Virus record (IMG/VR): IMGVR_UViG_3300026290_000007
Source of the DNA: a virus
Reading direction: 5' to 3' (one strand)
DNA length: 64,000 nt
Of this stretch, positions 32,941 to 40,634 are shown piece by piece. Within the stretch, counting starts at the first letter, position 1; every line of letters begins with the position of its first letter. The notes below the pieces were generated by a model. That model saw only the letters and a program-made list of their open reading frames with translations, ran no database searches and was not told the origin of the DNA. A program made the position numbers and the translations under genes.

Positions 32941-35900
32941 TTAAGCTAAGACACTTTTGCCTAGTCTGAAATTACCTAGAACAGATCCGTAAGGAATCTG
33001 GTAATCTGTTTCTACTACGGCTATCGTGTTATTGTTCGAGCCTTTGGTTTCGAACTTGTAATGATATGTTTCTCCAGGAGTTACATTTTGATGTTCGTAG
33101 ACAGAATCTGTAACTGTTACAGTAAACTGCGAAGTTGTCGGAGAAGATATCGTGATATCTGTATGATCATAAACATCGCTGATAACGACAGAGGTTTCTG
33201 CAAACTCTGACCGCACGCCACACATATCTCTAGTTGCAACTGAATATTCATACTCAGTTCCTGATTGTAACGGAATACCCCATATGATTGTTACGTTATT
33301 TAATATTGGATCTCTTGTGAAAGAGTATTTTGGAACTCCGCCAGTGTTGGTGAAACCGTAAACATTGATAACATCGTTATCAATGAACTCTTTTTGGTCT
33401 GTAGTTTTAACAGTGGTGCCAAATTTTTTAACAATGTACGGCTCTTTAAAATCTATACCTATGTGCGGAAAGTCCATTTTAGTTACATACTGAGTTGTGT
33501 AGTATACACTGTCTAGATATAATATTCCTGTACCTTCTTTTTTATTGACACCAATTTTCATACCAGAGATCGTCTTGGCATTAATATTTCTTGTATCTAT
33601 CACAACAGGAGTCCACAGTCCTGGCGTAGGAAGTTCCTCTATAAATAACCTTGATTCACTTCCGATTTCTCCATCTGGTTTCCTGTCTTTGCTCCAATAA
33701 TGTGAATGTTCCCAACCATTATCGTAGAAAGAAAACCAAAAGCTGTCTGGAACATTGTCTTTGTCTAAGTATATCCATGCTACTATATAGCCTTCGGGCA
33801 TTGTCGTTGTAGCTCCAGAAAATGATGGCTCAACAGTGCCATTGGTTGATGTTATTTTTATACTGGTATCTCCATGGTACCTGAAGTCGGAAACTTCCAT
33901 CCCTTGTTGATCTATCCAAGAAGATCCGTCGGGTAAGTAGTCATTTAGCCATGCCACGTCAGGTGACGGAGCATATTTTTCTTGTTGGTCGCTTCCAACA
34001 GGTACGGGTTTAATTGTTATAGGATATCCATCTATTAAAGGATTGTCCCATTGCAATTGTACTCCGTTTGTTGTGCGTGTAGCAGTAAGGTTCCTAGGCT
34101 TGAGATCCATCATAACTTTGTAATGTGGTCGTCTTTGATGCGGAGCTGTTCCCATTTTATAATATGCCTGACCAGGTAAGTCAGAGCGGTACACATTGTA
34201 ATAAGCAGTGCCAGAAGTCGGAATCCAGTGGACTCTTCTAAAGCCTATGATGTATAGGTAATAGTCCATGTCTACCGAACAGTATGGATACGTACGAATA
34301 CGGGCTGTCCCTCTTATGATGTGTTCATTAGCAGGAGGTATCCTAGCTCTGCCGTTTGTTCTAGCATGTCCAGTAATCGATGTTATTGGATACATATGTA
34401 TCTTTGTAGCATCGACTTTTTTTGTAGAAGTTTGTGTTTTACCAGTCGTACTTTGTACGCTATAAAAATAGTTATTGTGTGCCCTAGGAATAAACCGCGA
34501 TAACGCTGTAGACTTACACGGGAACGTAATCTGACTATCAAGAGAACCTACCGCAATGGAAATATGGCCATCAGCAGATACAATATGGCAAAAATGCAAT
34601 TGGCCGCCAGTATTTATTCCTATTGTTGTAGCGTGTCCACTAGCAGTTGCGACATGAGTCCACCAGTTATAAACATGAATATGGCCACCAGCAGTAAGTC
34701 TGTGCTTTCTGAATACAGAAGCTTTCTTTTTTATAAGTCTTGCTCGGCCTGTCGTAGACTTAATTCTATACTTGGTATTTGGAGCAACTGCTCTCCCAGT
34801 AGTAATAGAATATGCACTGGCACGAATAGAGATAAGCTGGTTTTGTACAATTGCAGTCTCGGCTTTATTGCTAGAAGTAGTTGCTTTACCGCTTAAAGAA
34901 GTTACTTCATGTTTAATATTTAATAGCGCTATAGACCTAGAATAATATCCCCATCCATAAGGGCCACCGCAAACTCCGATGTGAGAACGAGTTAAATTAG
35001 GATTTGATATACTTTGGTCTCCCATATTCCTAATGTCTGATGGGAGCTCGGCAAGATTCCAATCGTTTGCTGTTATTGCTCTAATAACGCAATACTGTCT
35101 TGTGCCCATACTGGGCGTAAAATCAAATAAACAGTTTACATACAGAGGAGATCCTGTTTGGTCATAATAGTCATCAGAAATTCGACCATTTGATTTAACA
35201 ATACAGTTATATACTTTAAGTGTTCCATCGGCGCTGTCATTGTGATAATGCATCGATATACTTGTGGATGAAGATTTATTTTCAATCCAACAGTTGCGAA
35301 CTCGTCCATACACCCATCTAAAAACAGCATTGCTATAATTCGTACCTCTGTTTGGGTAGTAGTGGAAAGTGATATTTGAAACTATAGTTCCACTGTTATT
35401 TATTTGCATTAAGTTTGCATCACGTTCGCTAGAATCAGAACCGTAAAAACTTAATACTGTTTCATTGTCATAGCCCTCAATATACAACTTTTTCCCATAA
35501 TCATATAAACCTACGACCGCAAGAGTACTTAACACGATTGGACTTAATCTATAGTTTCCAGGGAGTATTCTAATTCCGTGTCCACTAGATGCAGATTGAA
35601 GAGCCTTTGCGACAGTTTTATAAGGTTTCTCTGAAGTGCCATCTCCAGTGGAGTCATTACCTGCAGTACTTACATAGTTCCATGTAGTAGGATAATTTTG
35701 GTCATCTTTTCCGCGTTCTATGGTGCCAGGGAATATATGACCAGCTGCTTTAATATTGTATATAGCATTAAGATTAGCACTACCTGATGAAACAATTAAA
35801 CCTTGTGCCTTGGTATAGCCAATTATCTGTGGCTCAGATACGGCAACAGAGGTTAATGCGTGTCCAGTAGCGGTAGCCCAATAAGGGATATGCGCATCTA

Positions 35901-36696
35901 TTGGCGCACAATCAGTTGTTATGTGTCCAGAAGCTGTGGCAATAATCTTCGGTATTTCATAATAAGAGAGATCGGCTACACCACTAGTTGTAGCTCCACC
36001 AGAAGCTCCGAGAGAGACAACTCTTATTGGGTGTTCTTTTTTAAGTAGTTCACTCTTATAAAGGATGCCGTTGTCAAAAGCAAAGCTTCTTTCATAATAA
36101 TGAGGAGAGCCAGAGGTGTATTTATGCAGTAGACCGTCTTTAAAAAACAGTTTCCCTGGAGGAGTAAAGACACTTATATACTTATAGGTCTCTGCATTTC
36201 CATATGTTACGCTTGCTCCTCTGGCAGAACAGATATGCTTTGTTCCTTCGAAGGGATGACAGCTACCAGAAAGAGTTCCACTAACTACAAATACTCCTGA
36301 GCTTTGAGCAAGTACTATTTCTGGTCTGACAGATCCGACTTTCTGCCAAAGGTATCCTTGCTTGACTGAAAAACCTGTGGTGATATTGCTCCAGGTTTTT
36401 TCTAAAATACCCCCACTGAACTTAAAACCTAGGCGCTGTATCCCTCTTAAATGAGGAACATATTCCAAAAAAACAGAAGCGTTCCCGCTAGCAACTATAG
36501 GTATTTTGTTGTGAACAATTGATACTTGATTAGAAAACGCCAATCCTTGAGTTACACTGTTGGCGCTTGCGGTTATAGCAATATTGTTAGAACCAAGATG
36601 TTCGTGTTTCTGCCATAAATAACCTTGTTTGGTAGAAAACGAATCGATCCTAGTTGGCCAAACTTTTTCTAAATAACCCTTGTTAAATTTAAACAA
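32941..36696 (-). CDS. tailspike-like protein with pectate-lyase-type right-handed beta-helix and FN3 modules
   Basis: 1,251 aa. 'YVSTAGNDSTGDGTSEKPYKTVAKALQSASSGHGIRILPGNY' is a typical beta-helix N-cap motif. There are internal N-terminal duplications and C-terminal FN3-like 'YEYSVATRDMCGVRSEF'. TTG start after GGGGG. Confidence 0.6.
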   Translation of the reverse strand: MFKFNKGYLEKVWPTRIDSFSTKQGYLWQKHEHLGSNNIAITASANSVTQGLAFSNQVSIVHNKIPIVASGNASVFLEYVPHLRGIQRLGFKFSGGILEKTWSNITTGFSVKQGYLWQKVGSVRPEIVLAQSSGVFVVSGTLSGSCHPFEGTKHICSARGASVTYGNAETYKYISVFTPPGKLFFKDGLLHKYTSGSPHYYERSFAFDNGILYKSELLKKEHPIRVVSLGASGGATTSGVADLSYYEIPKIIATASGHITTDCAPIDAHIPYWATATGHALTSVAVSEPQIIGYTKAQGLIVSSGSANLNAIYNIKAAGHIFPGTIERGKDDQNYPTTWNYVSTAGNDSTGDGTSEKPYKTVAKALQSASSGHGIRILPGNYRLSPIVLSTLAVVGLYDYGKKLYIEGYDNETVLSFYGSDSSERDANLMQINNSGTIVSNITFHYYPNRGTNYSNAVFRWVYGRVRNCWIENKSSSTSISMHYHNDSADGTLKVYNCIVKSNGRISDDYYDQTGSPLYVNCLFDFTPSMGTRQYCVIRAITANDWNLAELPSDIRNMGDQSISNPNLTRSHIGVCGGPYGWGYYSRSIALLNIKHEVTSLSGKATTSSNKAETAIVQNQLISIRASAYSITTGRAVAPNTKYRIKSTTGRARLIKKKASVFRKHRLTAGGHIHVYNWWTHVATASGHATTIGINTGGQLHFCHIVSADGHISIAVGSLDSQITFPCKSTALSRFIPRAHNNYFYSVQSTTGKTQTSTKKVDATKIHMYPITSITGHARTNGRARIPPANEHIIRGTARIRTYPYCSVDMDYYLYIIGFRRVHWIPTSGTAYYNVYRSDLPGQAYYKMGTAPHQRRPHYKVMMDLKPRNLTATRTTNGVQLQWDNPLIDGYPITIKPVPVGSDQQEKYAPSPDVAWLNDYLPDGSSWIDQQGMEVSDFRYHGDTSIKITSTNGTVEPSFSGATTTMPEGYIVAWIYLDKDNVPDSFWFSFYDNGWEHSHYWSKDRKPDGEIGSESRLFIEELPTPGLWTPVVIDTRNINAKTISGMKIGVNKKEGTGILYLDSVYYTTQYVTKMDFPHIGIDFKEPYIVKKFGTTVKTTDQKEFIDNDVINVYGFTNTGGVPKYSFTRDPILNNVTIIWGIPLQSGTEYEYSVATRDMCGVRSEFAETSVVISDVYDHTDITISSPTTSQFTVTVTDSVYEHQNVTPGETYHYKFETKGSNNNTIAVVETDYQIPYGSVLGNFRLGKSVLA

Positions 36697-36707
36697 TGTA
36701 AGGCCCC

Positions 36708-38891
36708 CTATTGCGGGTCACTGAATATCGCATAGCTCCCGCTTACTGGATTGCGCGAAATAAGGCGAACTACCATCACACCAGATTTACTTGGAGTAAA
36801 AGTAACGGACAACTTCTGCCATATGTCTCTATCAGCAGTACAAGAATCTATTTGGTCTACTCCAAAGCCTTCAACTTTTAATTGAGGCTTTAAATCATTA
36901 TCTATCTGTTCTCTAATTAAGGTGCCCCAAATTTCAAAGTTGTAGATATTTAGTACAGAACCAGATTGAACGCTAGATATAACAAGGCGATATTTTCTAT
37001 ATACTGTCTCATTAGAAAAAGTAAATGTTTTAGTTTGTCCACTAGTCCATACAACATTGCTTTGAGTGTCGAGAGTAACCCACTGGCTGCCATCCCACGC
37101 CTCAAGTACGAAATCTTTAGGAGAAAAATTCTGAGCATTAGTAGGAATACTAAGAACATATTTATTCACTATTGCATCGCTTGGAAATTCATAGCTTATC
37201 CATTGTGGAAGTTCTCCAGAAGCACTCCAATATGTTGTAGTTCCAGAAGAATCAAAAACTCTCCATGGTTCGTATCCAACTACGTTAGTGCTGCTATCGA
37301 CTGTATACCCTGCAGGTTCGGCGTTTGAAGTCATACTGGCATTGAGTTTTATATTTTGGGTGTCTGGCTCAAACCACTTTACATAAACACTCTTTGTGAT
37401 TTCTTGTCCTTCTTTTACTGGCAAGTCAAAAATAATCTGATTGTGCCCATTAATTTTTAGTGCTGGTTTATTTAAATAAAAATCATCATGCTCTAAACTA
37501 TGGTCGGCAAGCTCCCATGGGCCTATATCTGCTGTGCTAGAATTTCTTGCGATGCCGTCAATATCTGTCATTGCTTCTGCAATAGCGCTAAGGTCATATC
37601 CCCAATCAGCCAATCCTGTTCTTAAGGTGTTTGTCAAATTAAGTTTTTGAATTGCAATAGGAGAAGTATTTATTATAGAAGCAGATGTTTGCCCACACAT
37701 AGTTCCTGTCCAGCCAGTAGGAAGAGATGTTACATAACATTGACTTGCCAAGCAATTAGCAGCAGAACCTCCATTGGCAACAGAACTACATAACCAGGCC
37801 TCACTGTTATATACTTCACTATTGGAATATCCAAGGCTACACATAAAGGCAAGACTATTATATGATTTACAGCTATAATAGCCGCTATTTGTGCTACCAA
37901 TAGCAATACAGTTGAAAGCATTTACCTTGCCAAAACCCATATAGTTGCACATAGCTGTTGTATTGTATGCATCAATATTATAACATCCGATTGTTTCAGG
38001 ATGTGATGCAAAAATTTTAACGTCTCTTGCAATTTGATTGCCAACATTTTCTCCATAAATCGCTACTGAAGTGAAATTAGAGCAAGCAATGTCTACGTTT
38101 CTAAGCTCGACGAAAGGTCTATTATACATATCAAAAATAGCACGAAATCTTTGTGCGTCTGATCTAGTTATAACAACATTACCAGGACTATCATTAACTA
38201 AATGTAAACAATCTTGATCCCCAGCGTAAATAATACGATGCTGACTGTCTAGTCCTGGGTAAGCGATATTGCTTGTGGAATCATCTAAAGAATATGTCCC
38301 AGGCCCAATGAAAATCTGAGTGTCTGTGGTCGTATTAGCCTTGGCATTTTGCATAGCTTTGTCCAAAGTTGACCAGGGTGTTTCAGGAGTAACCCCGTCA
38401 TTATTATCATTGCCATTCTGCTGACTTACATAGTAAGTCTCGAAGTTGCCAATGATATCTTCAGGCATTGGAATGACGTTCCTTGGTAATCCATATAATT
38501 GTACTTCCCACAAATACCTGCCGCTTGCTCCACTTGGAACCCGCACTCGAATCCAGCTACAAGAAACAATATCTATGTTCGCATATGCCCACGTGCGATT
38601 TGATACGACAGTGCCTACGTTTGTCCAATTTGTACCATCTGTACTTACATCTAGATAGGCATTTACGGAATAATACGTACTTCCACTTCGCCCTGCACAA
38701 AAACATCCCCAACGATTAATATCGTATAATTCGCCTAAATATAATATCACCCACGGAGCAGGCTCAGTAGTAGAATTAATGTAAGTACTTGTAGTTCCAT
38801 CAAATACTCTCCATCCATTTGCATGGCTTGAAGACACAACGAATGGTGCAGGAGTAGTATTGCTGGTCATTCTAATGTTTAGCAAATCCAT
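36708..38891 (-). CDS. tailspike/depolymerase-like receptor-binding protein, paralog 1
   Basis: 727 aa. N-terminal discoidin-like 'MTSNTTPAPFVVSS...WRVFDG'. 'YYVSQQNGNDNNDGVTPETPWSTLDKA' followed by a Cys-rich beta-helix. The C-terminal module is shared with the next two genes and is interrupted by a second discoidin-like domain. Confidence 0.62.
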   Translation of the reverse strand: MDLLNIRMTSNTTPAPFVVSSSHANGWRVFDGTTSTYINSTTEPAPWVILYLGELYDINRWGCFCAGRSGSTYYSVNAYLDVSTDGTNWTNVGTVVSNRTWAYANIDIVSCSWIRVRVPSGASGRYLWEVQLYGLPRNVIPMPEDIIGNFETYYVSQQNGNDNNDGVTPETPWSTLDKAMQNAKANTTTDTQIFIGPGTYSLDDSTSNIAYPGLDSQHRIIYAGDQDCLHLVNDSPGNVVITRSDAQRFRAIFDMYNRPFVELRNVDIACSNFTSVAIYGENVGNQIARDVKIFASHPETIGCYNIDAYNTTAMCNYMGFGKVNAFNCIAIGSTNSGYYSCKSYNSLAFMCSLGYSNSEVYNSEAWLCSSVANGGSAANCLASQCYVTSLPTGWTGTMCGQTSASIINTSPIAIQKLNLTNTLRTGLADWGYDLSAIAEAMTDIDGIARNSSTADIGPWELADHSLEHDDFYLNKPALKINGHNQIIFDLPVKEGQEITKSVYVKWFEPDTQNIKLNASMTSNAEPAGYTVDSSTNVVGYEPWRVFDSSGTTTYWSASGELPQWISYEFPSDAIVNKYVLSIPTNAQNFSPKDFVLEAWDGSQWVTLDTQSNVVWTSGQTKTFTFSNETVYRKYRLVISSVQSGSVLNIYNFEIWGTLIREQIDNDLKPQLKVEGFGVDQIDSCTADRDIWQKLSVTFTPSKSGVMVVRLISRNPVSGSYAIFSDPQ

Positions 38892-38902
38892 TGTAATTTC
38901 TC

Positions 38903-40621
38903 CTATAATATGTTGCTAAATAAGCAATACGCATTTGGATTTGGATCACGAGCGGATAGTATCATTTCCATAACACCGTTAGCTGGCGATATAAAACTTA
39001 CTGTCAATTGTTCCCACTCGTTACTTTCACAACTGGCGGTTTTGATTAGTTCTATACCTAATCCTCTTATAATAACCTGCGGTTTTAAATCGTTTGCGGT
39101 ATTAAAATGTTTGACTGTGATCTGTTTAATGACAGTACTTTCTTCGTTAACCCTAAATGTAAAACTTAACTGCCCGCTTCTGTTTATTTGAACAGAAGGT
39201 GCTGATATATAGAAGTCATCATAATTTAAAGAATAATCGCAATTTTCTATTGGGCCTATGTCTGGTAAGCCGTTGCCAGTATTTCTTTCTAATCCAATAA
39301 TATCTGTTGGGTTATTAATAACTGGGACTCCTTTATTTAAAAGCCCATTATTGACTAGTGTCTTTATTTCTGGCAAGAAATAGAAAGCACTTCCTGCTGA
39401 GTCTCCTGTATTGGCAGAACAACCGATACTTTTTCTGTTGCTACCAGCAGTAGAAGTAAACCCGTTTTGACAATTTGAGGCTATGCAGTTATAACAAGAG
39501 CCAGAACTAAATCCAGTCATAGAGTATTGGGCTGCACAATTATATGAACTGCAACTACTGAATGCTATGTTATTAGCCATACTATAACAATGATAGCACG
39601 TTGCATATTGAAAACCTATTCTCCCAAACACAATGCAATTATAAGCTAAGTTTGTTGCTGCTGGAACACCTATTAGCCCACAATTGCCTGCATATACTTC
39701 ACAATTTTTTATATATGGAGAGCCGATAATTCCATTTAATCCTGCCCATATTTTACAATTTTCTAAGTAAGGGCCGACCACTCCTTCATATGGGCTATGT
39801 ATTTCAATATTTTTCAAAATAACCGATCCATAAGACACAAAAGTAATCCCTATCGGAGTTTGTTCATCTGCATTATATCCGCTTATTATAACAGCTCCTG
39901 GGCGTCCATCAGTAAAATAGAGACATTCCGAATCTCCATAGAATACAACTTTGTCATCTGGCAACTCCGAGCCAGTAAACGAAAGCGATTCTCTGTAAAT
40001 ACCTGGGGCTATATATACGAATACTGTATCGTTTAATTTTGGTTTAACGGTTATGACAGCTTTATTTAATGTGGCCCATGCTGTGCTTGGAGTAAGACCA
40101 TCATTGTTGTCATTTCCGTTTTGTTGATCAACATAATAAGATGTTGCTGTGCCGTATTCTGTAAATATGTCTGCATCTCTATACAGATAAAATTGTCTAA
40201 TACTTACGTGAGCATTCCCAACTACAGACATGACATTTATTCTATAGTACAGATAGGGTTTTGTATTACTAACAGGGAATTGCTTTAATTCTCCTACAGC
40301 AGACCAACTTACATTTGATTGTGTATCTATAACTTCCCAGTTTTGTCCATCTCTACTTCCTTCAAAGCTCCAGCTTGTTGGCGCATGAGAAAGACTGTCA
40401 CACATGACAGTGTAACGGTCACATATTTCTGCTTTTCCTAAGTATATACCTAACCACGATTTTCCACCTTCATTAGCAGATTGCCAATAATCTCCTAGAA
40501 TACCATCAAATACACGCCATGGTGCTCTGGCGACAACATAACTAGGATTAACAGAACTGTATACTACGAAATGTGGAACGGGCGCATCGTTTGCAACCAT
40601 TATTGGATTTATCTGCGGCAT
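38903..40621 (-). CDS. tailspike/depolymerase-like receptor-binding protein, paralog 2
   Basis: 572 aa. 'PWRVFDGILGDYWQS...WSFEGSRDGQNW' (discoidin). 'YYVDQQNGNDNNDGLTPSTAWATLNKA'. 'YNC' repeats. C-terminal 'DIGPIENCDYSLNYDDFY...LKPQVIIRGLG...CLFSNIL'. Confidence 0.62.
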   Translation of the reverse strand: MPQINPIMVANDAPVPHFVVYSSVNPSYVVARAPWRVFDGILGDYWQSANEGGKSWLGIYLGKAEICDRYTVMCDSLSHAPTSWSFEGSRDGQNWEVIDTQSNVSWSAVGELKQFPVSNTKPYLYYRINVMSVVGNAHVSIRQFYLYRDADIFTEYGTATSYYVDQQNGNDNNDGLTPSTAWATLNKAVITVKPKLNDTVFVYIAPGIYRESLSFTGSELPDDKVVFYGDSECLYFTDGRPGAVIISGYNADEQTPIGITFVSYGSVILKNIEIHSPYEGVVGPYLENCKIWAGLNGIIGSPYIKNCEVYAGNCGLIGVPAATNLAYNCIVFGRIGFQYATCYHCYSMANNIAFSSCSSYNCAAQYSMTGFSSGSCYNCIASNCQNGFTSTAGSNRKSIGCSANTGDSAGSAFYFLPEIKTLVNNGLLNKGVPVINNPTDIIGLERNTGNGLPDIGPIENCDYSLNYDDFYISAPSVQINRSGQLSFTFRVNEESTVIKQITVKHFNTANDLKPQVIIRGLGIELIKTASCESNEWEQLTVSFISPANGVMEMILSARDPNPNAYCLFSNIL

Positions 40622-40634
40622 AGCAACTCTCCCC

